From: an uncultured cyanobacterium
Lineage (GTDB): Bacteria > Cyanobacteriota > Cyanobacteriia > Cyanobacteriales > Nostocaceae
Assembly (NCBI GenBank): GCA_963706595.1
Contig: OY970166.1
Coordinates: 1,696,001-1,760,000 of the forward strand
Length of the DNA stretch: 64,000 nucleotides
Direction of reading: 5' to 3'
This document shows positions 9,195 through 19,742 of this stretch, one piece after another; position 1 is the stretch's first letter; the number at the start of each line of letters is the position of its first letter. The position numbers and the translations under genes were made by a program. The notes beneath the pieces were generated by a model. It saw nothing but the letters and a program-made list of their open reading frames with translations. It was not told the DNA's origin and did not search any database.

Positions 9195-9271
9195 GGGTGC
9201 GTTATGGACGCTAGTCCTAACGCACCGAGAATTGAAGATGGTGCGTTGCGCTACGCAACAACACACCCTAC
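9192..9271. repeat. GTAG-type REP doublet (REPIN-like)
   Basis: gtagggtgcgtta..taacgcacc and ggtgcgttg..acaccctac in inverted orientation. Confidence 0.65.
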
Positions 9272-9444
9272 TAACAGTCTTCGTTTGTGCCTAATCCCCT
9301 GCTCCCCTGCTTCTTTTTCAAAGGCGGGGTGTGGTAAAAAAGCAGATTGGGATGTTAATTAATTCAGATTCTGAAGATAGATGATTTTTTCGTTACATTT
9401 TTTTACATATAATTAGTAAAAGTGATAAATACTTCAATATTTTT

Positions 9445-10503
9445 ATGTCTGACACTTTAAGCAAGCTGACTTATCAGACCTTTCAACAAGGCAAAAGTTA
9501 CTTTGGTTTGGCTCATAAAACTTTAAGTTCACGGCTGATGAATCTGATTCATCCCACTCTAGGACAAAAGGGCAAACCCATTCCTAGCGAGGTTTTGTTC
9601 AAATTTCAACAAAAAATGAATCAGCTGCTAGAAACAGACTGGGAGGATGCGGAAAAAGGGGTATATCCCGAAAGCCTACTGTTTGATAACCCTTGGTCAG
9701 ATTTTTTCCGCTATTATCCCCTGCTATGCTTAGACGCACCTCAAATCTGGGAACGGGCTGAACAAAAGAAATATCAAGAATTTTCGCCGGAAATAGAGAC
9801 AGATGGTTATCCCAGTTATTATGTGCAGAATTTCCATCACCAAAGTAACGGCTATTTAAGCGACGATTCAGCTAATTTATATGATTTACAGGTAGAAATT
9901 CTCTTTAATGGAACTGCCGATCCGATGCGGCGGCGGATTCTTGCGCCTCTGAAGGAAGGGCTGAAGGCTTTTGATGCTGTTGCGCCACGACAAGTGCGTG
10001 TTTTAGATATTGCTTGTGGGACAGGGCGAACACTGAAGATGATTCGGGCAGCTTTACCTCAAGCATCTCTGTATGGTATGGATTTATCACCAACTTATTT
10101 GCGTAAGGCAAATCAACAACTATCCGAAATTCCCGGAGAATTACCGCAACTGTTGCAAGCCAATGCGGAAGAGTTACCTTATTTAAATGACTATTTCCAT
10201 GCTGTAACTTCTGTGTTTCTCTTCCATGAGTTACCAGCACAAGTCCGGCAAACAGTGATTGAACAATGTTTCCGAGTCACAAAACCAGGGGGCGTATTTG
10301 TCATTTGTGATTCTATTCAACAGAATGATTTACCTGAATTTGCTGTGATCATGGATTCTTTTCCCGAAGTTTATCATGAACCCTACTATCGGGATTACAC
10401 TCATGATGACTTAGTAGAACGTTTAGAAAAAGCTGGTTTTGACAAGATTGAGATCCAAGTTCACTTTGCAAGTAAGTATTTTATTGCTCATAAGCCAGCT
10501 TAA
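9445..10503 (+). CDS. Class I SAM-dependent methyltransferase
   Basis: VLDIACGTG, DLSPTYL, AEELPY, VFLFHELP, RVTKPGG. Confidence 0.9.
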   Translation: MSDTLSKLTYQTFQQGKSYFGLAHKTLSSRLMNLIHPTLGQKGKPIPSEVLFKFQQKMNQLLETDWEDAEKGVYPESLLFDNPWSDFFRYYPLLCLDAPQIWERAEQKKYQEFSPEIETDGYPSYYVQNFHHQSNGYLSDDSANLYDLQVEILFNGTADPMRRRILAPLKEGLKAFDAVAPRQVRVLDIACGTGRTLKMIRAALPQASLYGMDLSPTYLRKANQQLSEIPGELPQLLQANAEELPYLNDYFHAVTSVFLFHELPAQVRQTVIEQCFRVTKPGGVFVICDSIQQNDLPEFAVIMDSFPEVYHEPYYRDYTHDDLVERLEKAGFDKIEIQVHFASKYFIAHKPA

Positions 10504-10661
10504 CTTGGATTACACATTGAGTATTTTCGCTCACCCTACAAGAAAAAATAAATTCAGTAAAATGTCAGGTTTTGTTGGCATTTGTGGTTACACTGAACAT
10601 CTAGTATCATGCAAGCTGTTTAACCTATTAGTAGGGTGGCTTACACGCGGAGGATGGAAGA

Positions 10662-10940
10662 ATGAAGGTTTGGCTGGCTTGTTTTTTAGTGTTGTTCGCT
10701 TTGGCAGAACTTTTTGACTGGTTAAAAGCATTTAATCTGCCTTTGCCTATTTATATTTTGGGTGGGGCATTTTTAGCCGTTGCTTCTAACTATGACAAGA
10801 TTATTGGCTCTTACTTCAGTGATGCAATTATTGAAACGTCACCCGAACAACCCCAGTTAAATTCGCCTAGCCAATCGCTTGATGCTATTTCTTTCGTTCA
10901 TCCTGTTGAACAGGTACAACCATCGGAAACCCAATTTTAA
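10662..10940 (+). CDS. Small hypothetical membrane protein
   Basis: Two hydrophobic helices; GGAGG upstream. Confidence 0.7.
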   Translation: MKVWLACFLVLFALAELFDWLKAFNLPLPIYILGGAFLAVASNYDKIIGSYFSDAIIETSPEQPQLNSPSQSLDAISFVHPVEQVQPSETQF

Positions 10941-10972
10941 ATATTCCTGTGTTAAGCTTTGGCGGTGCGTTA

Positions 10973-11155
10973 GAGGTTGTTTGAAAAGTCTAATTTATTA
11001 CAGCCCTGGCGACTAGAAGTCGCGGCTATACAAACTAAACCCGCCTGCGCGGGTTGAAAATCCCATTTTTTCATTAGACTTTGCCTGTGTAGTAGCGTAT
11101 CGCTAACGCGAAGCGTAGCCATATTATATTCGCCCAAAACTTTTCAAACATCCTC
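10973..11155. mobile_element. MITE with 17-bp TIRs and TTA target duplication
   Basis: gaggttgtttgaaaagt / acttttcaaacatcctc; TTA at 10970-10972 and 11156-11158. Confidence 0.85.
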
Positions 11156-11293
11156 TTAGGCTTAACGCCGTGACGCACCCTACTGCTACTACTAATGGTT
11201 AGTTTCTACACTGGAATGATGTATCCAATGATAGATATAAAAAATAAATATTTAGTGATACTCTATCCTAGAGTTGATCATTAAAGGATAAAT

Positions 11294-11476
11294 ATGAGTA
11301 TTGAAAAAAGAGTAGAAGCCACTGCCAAAAATATTGAAGGCAAGATACAAGAGGCAGTTGGTGAAGTAACGGGCAACCCAGAAGATAAAACCGAAGGACA
11401 AGCTAAACAGGCTGAATCCCAAGTTATTCACACCATAGAAAATATCAAAGATGAAGTAAAAAAAATTATAGACTAG
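11294..11476 (+). CDS. CsbD family stress protein
   Basis: EGKIQEAVGEVTGN..EGQAKQAE. Confidence 0.9.
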   Translation: MSIEKRVEATAKNIEGKIQEAVGEVTGNPEDKTEGQAKQAESQVIHTIENIKDEVKKIID

Positions 11477-11619
11477 CTTAATTCTCTAGTCCATAAGTTT
11501 GGTTGAATTTATAAAGTTATCTAATATTTATTGCTGACTCCACCTTTTTTGTTAAACGTGGAGTATTTAACGTTTGCTCCTAATAACTTGGCTTTCACCA
11601 TAACTATCCTTTAATCCTA

Positions 11620-11892
11620 CTAATGACTAGTACGATCAGTTAGCAAACCCCATAAAAAGATGGCAATTATTGCACCAATGATCGCGACAATGAGACCAGG
11701 AATGCTGAGAGTTGCCGCAGTCAGTTGTAATCTGCCTGTTTCTAAGATACTAACAATAGTTCCCCCGATTAAAGCACCGATAATACCCAAAAGCATGGTT
11801 GCAATGATTCCGCCGCCCTGACGACCAGGGTAAATAGCTTTAGCAATAGCTCCGGCAATTAAACCCAGAATTATCCAAGCAATAATGTTCAT
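11620..11892 (-). CDS. GlsB/YeaQ/YmgE family stress-response membrane protein
   Basis: IIAWIILGLIAGAIAKAIYPG..LLGIIGALIGG. Confidence 0.9.
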   Translation of the reverse strand: MNIIAWIILGLIAGAIAKAIYPGRQGGGIIATMLLGIIGALIGGTIVSILETGRLQLTAATLSIPGLIVAIIGAIIAIFLWGLLTDRTSH

Positions 11893-12009
11893 AGTTAAAA
11901 TTGTTAACAGGGTTTATAAATAATTTATTAATTAGTATCTACTTTTCCTTCTACCAGAAGAGATAGCTATTAAGTTTTAACTGGAGACATGAAAAAAATC
12001 TAAGTATAT

Positions 12010-12090
12010 GTAGTGGCGTGTTATGGCTTTAGCCTAACGCACCGTCTTCTGTGGTCTTGGTGCCGTACTCTCCTGGATAACACACCCTAC
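12010..12090. repeat. REP doublet (REPIN-like), same family as 9192-9271
   Basis: gtagtggcgtgtta..taacgcacc..taacacaccctac. Confidence 0.6.
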
Positions 12091-12605
12091 GTGTGTTTGA
12101 TAAATCAAATATGAGTCCTATAGTTAGATTTATTTTTACTGCTTTAGTGAAAGTTTATATGGCGCTCCTATTCTATTTATAGTTATTTGTAGAAATTGCC
12201 AGAGTTCAAAACTTCAGTTTCTGGAAAAAATCGGAGTTATGCTCAAAAAAAATTAGCTTTTCAGTGTTGTCAGGAAAATTTAAGCTGAATTTTTACAATT
12301 TTGCTCAAGGTAAATTGACCCGATTATGGTTTTTTTGTAAAGCTGTGCCAAACTCTCTTTAACCGCTATTATTCATTGAGATAGCCCTTTAAGTCGCTTT
12401 TGATTAATTTTTAGCATTAGGTAATATATATTTTTTGAAAATGAAATCCTGGATACTTTTTTATTCATAAGTGAGGATTTATCATTTACCACTAGCCATT
12501 AAATAATTAATATTTTATTTTGCTAGATTTTTCCAAATCATGCTTGTTAGTATATAATACTAACAAAATCATGACATTTTTTTAAACAATCCGGGCATAC
12601 GTATT

Positions 12606-12932
12606 ATGAATCAACAAGTCAAAGTCGTGAAACTCAGTGGAATTGTCAAGACTACAAATTCACAAGAACTCCGAGAACATATTACTCACCTTTTAGAAAG
12701 TGGTGAAAAAATAATCTTAGTTGATTGTGAAGATGTGTCGTTTATGGATAGTTCTGCCTTGGGGGCTTTGGTATTAGCTTTCAAAACTTTACGGACGGCA
12801 GATATAAGGCTAGTTCTCTGTTCTATTAATGAACAGGTCAGGATATTATTTGAATTAACGGGTATGGATAAAGTTTTTGAGATATTTTTAAATCAAGATG
12901 AGTTTCATCAAGTTTTACTTTCTAAAAAATGA
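12606..12932 (+). CDS. STAS-domain anti-sigma factor antagonist
   Basis: VSFMDSSALGAL, LFELTGMDKVF. Confidence 0.9.
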   Translation: MNQQVKVVKLSGIVKTTNSQELREHITHLLESGEKIILVDCEDVSFMDSSALGALVLAFKTLRTADIRLVLCSINEQVRILFELTGMDKVFEIFLNQDEFHQVLLSKK

Positions 12933-14069
12933 TTAATCAAAATTAATTTGTAGGATTGATAAATCATCATCGAAAGCCTCTTTGGAGTTCAAAGCAATGA
13001 GATAATTCAATACCTGATCGAGTTGGCGGTCAATAGTGTGTTGTAAGCTAACAAGTATTTGAATGAAAGCATCTAAACTCCAAAGTGTGCCATCTAATTT
13101 CGTGATTTCATAAGCACCATCACTGAAAATATAGAGGCTACTAGATTTATCAATATTGCAATAGGCATCAACATATTTAGATTCTGGAAACATCCCCACT
13201 GGCATTCCCGGAGTTCTTAGTAGTTGAATTTCAGTATTTTTGGAAGTTGTACCTGATAGTAATATTGCTGGTGGATGACCAGCACTTGCATAAATTAATT
13301 GCCGACTAACTCGGTTATAAACTCCATACCAAATAGTAAAATATTTATCATTTTGGTAATTCATCTGGAAGGTTTGGTTTAAGGCTTTTAGGACATCACT
13401 CGGTTGATAATAATTCAACCCTTTTAAGGCCCGGGAACGTAATAGATTTAGCACGGAAATTGAGGGGAGGGCAGCTTTGAGTCCATGTCCGGCTGTATCT
13501 AGCAGGTAGATGGCGAGATAGTCGGAGTCTAGCCAGTAGTAATCGAAACAATCGCCGCCGAGTTGTCGGGAAGGAATGAATCGAGAATTGATGCTGAAGG
13601 GTTCGGTGGCGGGTAAAGGGAGAAGCGATCGCATATATTCTGCTGCTTCTGCTAATTCGGTTTCTAATAGTAGCTTTTGGGTATGTAAATCCTGACTTAA
13701 CTGATGCAGGCGCAATCCGGCTCTGACTCTGGCTTTTAATTCATTTTGTTCTATGGGTTTGGAGATAAAATCATCAGCGCCAGCATCTAGTCCTTTGACA
13801 CGATCAGCGATTGAATCCAAAGAGGTGAGAAAAATAAAGAATGTGGTGGATAAATTAGGGTCTGTTTTCATGCGCTTACAGACTTCTAGTCCATTCAATC
13901 CTGGCATAATCCAATCACAAATAACTAGTGCTGGCTGGTAGGCGATCGCCAGAGCAATTCCTTCCTCTCCATTACTAGCAGCAACTACTTCATAGCCCTG
14001 TTTTGCTAACATCCTCTTCAGGAGTGTTTGGATAGAAATATCATCATCAATTATCAGGATTTGAAACAT
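12933..14069 (-). CDS. Response regulator with SpoIIE/PP2C phosphatase domain (RsbU-like)
   Basis: Receiver IIDDD..CDWIMP..ISKP; LGGDCFD, DTAGHG, AGHPP, FSDG, DDLS. Confidence 0.92.
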   Translation of the reverse strand: MFQILIIDDDISIQTLLKRMLAKQGYEVVAASNGEEGIALAIAYQPALVICDWIMPGLNGLEVCKRMKTDPNLSTTFFIFLTSLDSIADRVKGLDAGADDFISKPIEQNELKARVRAGLRLHQLSQDLHTQKLLLETELAEAAEYMRSLLPLPATEPFSINSRFIPSRQLGGDCFDYYWLDSDYLAIYLLDTAGHGLKAALPSISVLNLLRSRALKGLNYYQPSDVLKALNQTFQMNYQNDKYFTIWYGVYNRVSRQLIYASAGHPPAILLSGTTSKNTEIQLLRTPGMPVGMFPESKYVDAYCNIDKSSSLYIFSDGAYEITKLDGTLWSLDAFIQILVSLQHTIDRQLDQVLNYLIALNSKEAFDDDLSILQINFD

Positions 14070-14194
14070 ATAGAATGCTAAATTAAAAATTAATTAAAAA
14101 TAAAATTATGCTAGATTTTACGGCTAATTATAGATACTGCTCACCCAGAATAAACCGCTAATCAACATTTCTGCTTGTTCATGATCAGCAAATA

Positions 14195-14962
14195 TTATGG
14201 AGGTGACAACGGATTTATCCATAAAAGAATGGCGCGTTTTAGTTGGTTTAAATCGCGGTAAACTTCTTGTCTAAACCATTGTCCTAAAGCGTCTAAGGGA
14301 GTGAATGATGCTCCTGGTTGCCATTTGATATCTTGACCTAAAGGTGTAGTGTGAGTACCGGGTAAGGTTTGTGTGGTGACCATTTCTGAAAAGCGGGCTT
14401 GTAAGATTTTGGTTAAAGGTGTTGATTGATCAATGGTATCGTTACTAAATTTTATTAATAAATTGCGGCGGATATTATAACTTTCCTGGATCATTCGGTT
14501 GGTTTCCAGGGGCGAGGGAGTAAACTCAACCCGGAACGTAGAATTTAGCTGTTCGACTAAAGGTATAGCCTCCTTGGCGGCGTAGTTGTTGAAGGAAATT
14601 AAAATATTCCCGGCACGTTCTACAGGTAGCAGACTGCCGATGAGTAAGTGCAGTTTACAACCCATACTATGCCCTAGTCCATAAGTAGGGAGATAGAGTT
14701 GGCGTAATGACCCAGAGTCGTGTAATCTTTCGATGGTGCGTTCAAAGTTCAGCAGTGCAGTTTTGGCGATCGCAATATGATCCAATGTATTCACAAATGG
14801 TGTAGCAATAATCACATACCCTTTATTGGCCAGTTGTTCCAGTAACCAGCGATAAGTGAGATGGGGCGCAGTAGCCACAAATGCACCACCGAGAAAATGA
14901 ATCATCCCGATGGGTTTTGGGGGAATCAGTACCCAGTTACCTCTAATTTCTTTCCAGTCCAT
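14195..14962 (-). CDS. DUF1350 family alpha/beta hydrolase-like protein
   Basis: HFLGGAFVATAP, GHSMGCKLH, PGTHTTP. Confidence 0.85.
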   Translation of the reverse strand: MDWKEIRGNWVLIPPKPIGMIHFLGGAFVATAPHLTYRWLLEQLANKGYVIIATPFVNTLDHIAIAKTALLNFERTIERLHDSGSLRQLYLPTYGLGHSMGCKLHLLIGSLLPVERAGNILISFNNYAAKEAIPLVEQLNSTFRVEFTPSPLETNRMIQESYNIRRNLLIKFSNDTIDQSTPLTKILQARFSEMVTTQTLPGTHTTPLGQDIKWQPGASFTPLDALGQWFRQEVYRDLNQLKRAILLWINPLSPP

Positions 14963-15066
14963 ATTGATAGGCGATCGCTAAATTCACACCTCTTTATGTT
15001 AGACTCTCCGTTGCAGTCGTGGGAAGCTTCACAGAAAAAGCCATGAGTTGCAAGGATGAATCAGTT

Positions 15067-15804
15067 TTAGCTTTGGGTTTGCAGCCTTTTCATTTCCAGT
15101 TGCACATCTAAGGCAATTTGCAAAGCTTCATTGAGTAACCTACCATGCTCGGTAGCTTCCTCTGTAACTTGCATTGCTGTTAAAGTGGCTAAATTATTCG
15201 CAAATAACTCTGTATTCCTGAGAATAAAATTCTTGTTTTCTCTTAAAATTCTTTCTGTCTTCAAAGCCCGAATTAAATCAGTTCTGGTGAGTTCCAAAGC
15301 AGCAATGACTTTTTCTCTTTCTTGAATAACTACTCCTGGATTACCAGCAGCTTCTATTTGGTCATTGATATCTATAGCTTTAATCACAGAATTATACCTA
15401 TCAACATCATTTAAAAGTATCTCTAAAGAATTTGTCATATTCTGATTAAGTATTTTCATTTTTTTCCACCATAATAAATACAAAACAATTTGTGCGACAC
15501 CACCACCCCACAAACTTAAAATTATTAACAACAACCAAGATGGAATTGTAATCCAGGTAGCAAACAGCCTAATAATGATGTCAAAAAGCAAATAACTAAA
15601 GACAAAAATAGAACAACTAATAAAAACTACAGTCGCCCCCTCAGAACCCTTGAGCTTATCTATAATCCTTTGAGCCATCTTTTTTAAAGGACTGCTAATA
15701 ATAATTAATTCATCTTTAACAGGTAAATTAGTCAACTTTCGCAATTCTTTATGACTAATATCTAAGCCATGTAAATCATTACGCACAGCTTTCCCCATCC
15801 TCAC
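15067..15804 (-). CDS. Hypothetical 2-TM protein with coiled-coil C-terminus
   Basis: ORF track; two TM helices; start uncertain. Confidence 0.7.
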   Translation of the reverse strand: MRMGKAVRNDLHGLDISHKELRKLTNLPVKDELIIISSPLKKMAQRIIDKLKGSEGATVVFISCSIFVFSYLLFDIIIRLFATWITIPSWLLLIILSLWGGGVAQIVLYLLWWKKMKILNQNMTNSLEILLNDVDRYNSVIKAIDINDQIEAAGNPGVVIQEREKVIAALELTRTDLIRALKTERILRENKNFILRNTELFANNLATLTAMQVTEEATEHGRLLNEALQIALDVQLEMKRLQTQS

Positions 15805-16095
15805 CAGAATACTTATTTAGTACAATATAGCAATCAAATTTATTCATGGCTCGTTAAATTGTAATTTTCGCCATTTTTTTTTAATAGAACTAATTGCTCC
15901 TGAAAACATTGGGTACAATATGATACTTTTATAAATTGATCATTAGTTATATTCTCAGATTGGATATGGTTCGTAAATGATTACATATAGCATTTTTATT
16001 TTTTAGCACAGCGAGGAATACTTTCTAAATGCTACACCCAGATTTATTTGTGGGTCTAACCAAAATCTCAAATCTAAAATTGCTTGACATTTTAG

Positions 16096-16869
16096 TTAAG
16101 GTATAGGCTTGTCGAACATCAACACAGAGAGAAAAAAGTCCGTCATAAAAATTAATACCCAAGTAGTGACAACTGCCGTTGTTGCTGATTCTCCAACTTC
16201 TTTTGCACCCCCTTTAGTAGTGAGTCCCCAACTACAGCCATTGATACTAACTATAGCTCCAAAAATCAGACCTTTTACTAAAACCATAAGTAAGTCTGAT
16301 GGTTCCAAAAAAGTTCTCACAGACTCCAAAAAAGCCTCAGAATCAATATTGTAAAATTGGGCTGCGGCAAAAACTCCGCCAGCGATACCCGTAACTAAAG
16401 CAAAAACCATCATAATTGGCATCATTAAAATGCAAGCAATTACTCTAGGAAGCACTAAGTAATCAATGGGATTTGTTCTGAGCATATAAAGTGCATCAAT
16501 TTGCTCTGTAACTCGCATAGCACCTATTTCTGCTGCAAAAGCCGAACCTACTTGACCCGCAATAATACTAGCTGTCAAAATTGGCGCTAATTCTCGGCAA
16601 AAAGCCAAAGCAAAAGCCCCCCCGACCGCATCTAGCGCCCCAAATCTGGCTAATTCTCTAGCAGTTTGAATAGTAAAAATCATCCCCGCAAACCCACTGA
16701 CCAGGATAACCGGAAACACCGAAGATGGTCCGGCTGTTACCATGTGTTGCAAAATTTTTCGGTAGTAAGTTTTTCCTTGGAGTAAATGCAGCAGTACTTG
16801 ACCAAAGAGTAGCAAGGCGGCAAAACAGCGTACAATCCATAATTGGTCTAATTTTTTTTTCGTTTGCAT
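16096..16869 (-). CDS. mlaE: MlaE family lipid ABC transporter permease
   Basis: RELAPILTA, AEIGAMRVTEQIDAL, GGAKEVGESATTAVV; start placed at MQTKKK because the upstream extension lies in a MITE. Confidence 0.9.
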   Translation of the reverse strand: MQTKKKLDQLWIVRCFAALLLFGQVLLHLLQGKTYYRKILQHMVTAGPSSVFPVILVSGFAGMIFTIQTARELARFGALDAVGGAFALAFCRELAPILTASIIAGQVGSAFAAEIGAMRVTEQIDALYMLRTNPIDYLVLPRVIACILMMPIMMVFALVTGIAGGVFAAAQFYNIDSEAFLESVRTFLEPSDLLMVLVKGLIFGAIVSINGCSWGLTTKGGAKEVGESATTAVVTTWVLIFMTDFFLSVLMFDKPIP

Positions 16870-16901
16870 TACCGCCCTTAAAACTGATTTTTTTGTCCCT
16901 A

Positions 16902-17006
16902 TATAGCGTTTCTCAGTTGAGTAGGTACTTGAACCCCACCCCCAACCCCCTCCCCGCAAGCGAGGAGGGGACTATGATATACCTCATGTGATTAGGAACG
17001 GCTATA
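16902..17006. mobile_element. MITE with tatagc..gctata ends; inverted relative of 55117-55215
   Basis: Core ccccctccccgcaagcgaggagg shared in reverse complement with ~55145-55177. Confidence 0.7.
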
Positions 17007-17273
17007 TCAGGATGTGAGACAAATTGGAACGCATTTAGTGATTGTTTGCAGAGTCCAATAAGTATAAACTGAGTCTCGTCATTAGCTTACCGGAAATTGT
17101 GTCTAGTATCAAAATATTTTGCCCCTATATCAGTCAGTATTTTGTATACTTGATAACATAAAAAACCTGACCAGATTAAATTAGTATATAGCAAATATAA
17201 ATTATTCATGAAAACCAATATCCTGGTTGATTCAATAAACATGGTTTGGGAAATTTTGTCGCCTTTATTAATT

Positions 17274-17372
17274 AAGAGGAGGGCAGGGTGCAGGGGAGAA
17301 GAGGAAAAGTTGTTAAGTAAGGAAGTTTAAAGTAATTTCTAACTTCCCCTTGCTCCCTGCTCCCCTACCTCT
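17274..17372. repeat. STRR-armed inverted-repeat element (aagagg..cctctt)
   Basis: G-rich left arm, C-rich right arm. Confidence 0.6.
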
Positions 17373-17536
17373 TTTGGTCAACTATCTAGAGGAAGAGAAG
17401 AAAAATAACAGTTTGACCTTAAGCTAGTTGTGTAATTGAGTCGAATCTGAGATTATTTACGGTATCTTTAGGGAAAATCTTTTTTTTCATCCTATTTTGA
17501 TTCCATACTGGATGAGTTTTTTTGGAGGATATTTTC

Positions 17537-19183
17537 ATGATTAGTTTCTGCCGTTGGTCATCAGTAAGTACAACTTTATTGGCGTTGGGAGTGACTGTTT
17601 GCACAATCAATCCGATGATAGTTTCTGCTCAAACTAGAGGAGTTCAAACTACTCCCTCGCCTGGTGTAGGCGCTAACTTGTCTGATATTAGTTCAGATTA
17701 TTGGGCTAGTCCATTTATTCAGACTTTAGCTGCAAGAAATATTATATCTGGCTTTCCTGATGGCACTTTTAGACCAAATCAACCTGTGAGTCGGGCGGAA
17801 TTTGCGGCCATGATTCAAAAAGCTTTTAATCAACAACCTGTTCGGCAAATAAGTCCAAAAGGTTTTACAGATGTTAGTCCTGGTTTCTGGGCGAGTTCGG
17901 CAATTCAGGAAGCCTACGAAGCTGGATTTATGTCAGGTTATCCGGGAAACGTATTTCTGCCAAATCAGCAAATTCGCAAAGTTGAGGCCATAGTTGCTAT
18001 AACAACTGGTTTGGGTTTGCAAACGGGCGAAAATCCCTTGGGTGTAGTGAATACTTACTACACAGATGCTGCCGCAATTCCAAACTATGCATTAAATAAT
18101 GTCGCAGCGGCCACAGAAGCCAATATGGTGGTTAATTATCCCAATGTTAACCAACTCAACCCGCTAGATCCGTTAACTCGTGCGGAAGCATCGGCTATTT
18201 TGTATCAAGCTTTAGTTAGACAGGGACAAATGCAAGCCCTGACTCCCAATGTTGCGGCGAGTAAATATATAGTTGGGGCTGCTAAACAGACTCAAACTGC
18301 TCAAGATATTGTTTCTATTGCGGCATCGAGTGAATCTTTTAGAAGTTTGACTTCTTTATTGCAGATAGCAAGTTTAGCAGGTATTCTGCAACAACCAGGC
18401 CCTTATACAGTTTTTGCTCCCACGGATGCAGCTTTTGCGGCTTTACCTGCGGGGACTCTAGAGGACTTACAGCAACCGGAGAACAGAGAATTATTGATTC
18501 AGATTTTGAGATATCATGTTGTTCCTGGGGAGGTAACTGCGAATCAACTCTCAGACGGAGAATTGAAAACTTTTGAGGATGTACCTGTAAATATTAAGCT
18601 GGATAGAGCTACAAATCAAATTGCGGTCAATAATGCGAATGTGATTCAGCCGAACATTGAAGCCAGCAATGGTGTCATCCATGCAATTAACGAAGTCCTC
18701 ATTCCACCTAACCTGGGAGTAACTCAGCAGCCACCAGCAGAAACTACTCCTGATATCACCCCAGGTGCAACTACTCGTGGTGGTGCTAGTTATGTGGGAG
18801 TTGCTGGTAATATTGGCATCAGTGGCAATTCTACCCTTAGTGAAAGTAATTATGCCCTAATCAGTAAAATTGGGCTAACAAATACTATTTCGGTGCGCCC
18901 ATCGGTGATCTTTGGGGGTGATACGCTGTTTTTAGTGCCGGTAACTTTAGATTTTTCTCCGCGTTCAGTAGATCCTTTGGGTGAACAACAGTTATCCATC
19001 TCTCCTTTTTTAGGAGGTGGTGTTGCTATTAATACTGGAGGGGATTCTGAGTTTGGTTTCTTGTTAACTGGGGGTGTGGATTTACCTTTAGGCGATCGCT
19101 TTACCGCCACTGGTACTGTGAATGCCGCATTTTTGGATCGCACTGATGTTGGTTTGTTCCTGGGAATCGGCTACAATTTTTAA
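17537..19183 (+). CDS. SLH domains + fasciclin (FAS1) domain + C-terminal outer-membrane beta-barrel-like domain
   Basis: Signal peptide; GFPDGTFRPNQPVSRAEFA SLH motif; TVFAPTDAAF and ASNGVIHAINEVL FAS1 motifs; ends GIGYNF. Confidence 0.88.
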   Translation: MISFCRWSSVSTTLLALGVTVCTINPMIVSAQTRGVQTTPSPGVGANLSDISSDYWASPFIQTLAARNIISGFPDGTFRPNQPVSRAEFAAMIQKAFNQQPVRQISPKGFTDVSPGFWASSAIQEAYEAGFMSGYPGNVFLPNQQIRKVEAIVAITTGLGLQTGENPLGVVNTYYTDAAAIPNYALNNVAAATEANMVVNYPNVNQLNPLDPLTRAEASAILYQALVRQGQMQALTPNVAASKYIVGAAKQTQTAQDIVSIAASSESFRSLTSLLQIASLAGILQQPGPYTVFAPTDAAFAALPAGTLEDLQQPENRELLIQILRYHVVPGEVTANQLSDGELKTFEDVPVNIKLDRATNQIAVNNANVIQPNIEASNGVIHAINEVLIPPNLGVTQQPPAETTPDITPGATTRGGASYVGVAGNIGISGNSTLSESNYALISKIGLTNTISVRPSVIFGGDTLFLVPVTLDFSPRSVDPLGEQQLSISPFLGGGVAINTGGDSEFGFLLTGGVDLPLGDRFTATGTVNAAFLDRTDVGLFLGIGYNF

Positions 19184-19213
19184 TGGGAAACTCGGCTAGA
19201 AGGGGAGTTTGAG

Positions 19214-19429
19214 TTAGCTATTAATGAGGATGAACAGGGAATAGCCGCAGATAGAAAAAACGAAGGCGATCGCTACAGAAAAAATAACAACATCCCTGAC
19301 AATAAATAAAATCCAATCTTTTCTGAGTTCCTGTCTAAACTTGAGTTCCCGCAGCTTGCGTTCCAGTTCCGCGTCTGCTTGTGATTGTAAATTGACTGTT
19401 GATATAACTGCTTTTTTATCTGCGTCCAT
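19214..19429 (-). CDS. Small single-TM hypothetical protein
   Basis: GGAG SD before MDADKK; C-terminal TM helix. Confidence 0.55.
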   Translation of the reverse strand: MDADKKAVISTVNLQSQADAELERKLRELKFRQELRKDWILFIVRDVVIFSVAIAFVFSICGYSLFILINS

Positions 19430-19742
19430 ATTTCTCCAAAAGCAAATTTGATTTAATATTTTCACCCCTTAAGTCAGGACTAAAGTCCTGACTACAAACC
19501 TTTAATTATTTACGCCGACTTACTTCATCAAACCTGTCGGCTAAACTCTATTTTTAAGGTAATGCAAATGCATTGTCTTATCAAAAATCGCTCATGCGAT
19601 CGCATAGCGGTTTCTTTGGAAGAATTTGGTGATTATACAGCCCTTTTCCGTAAAACCGCCTTTTCTTTTGTCGGGTAGCTTTTCGAGCGCTGATAATTCG
19701 TATCTTTTCTTCTCGATTAGTATGTACAGACCCCGTTCGATT

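Noticed and set aside
16870..16959. N-terminal extension MRGGGWGWG.. of MlaE
   Set aside because: Derives from the upstream MITE; MQTKKK is the plausible start
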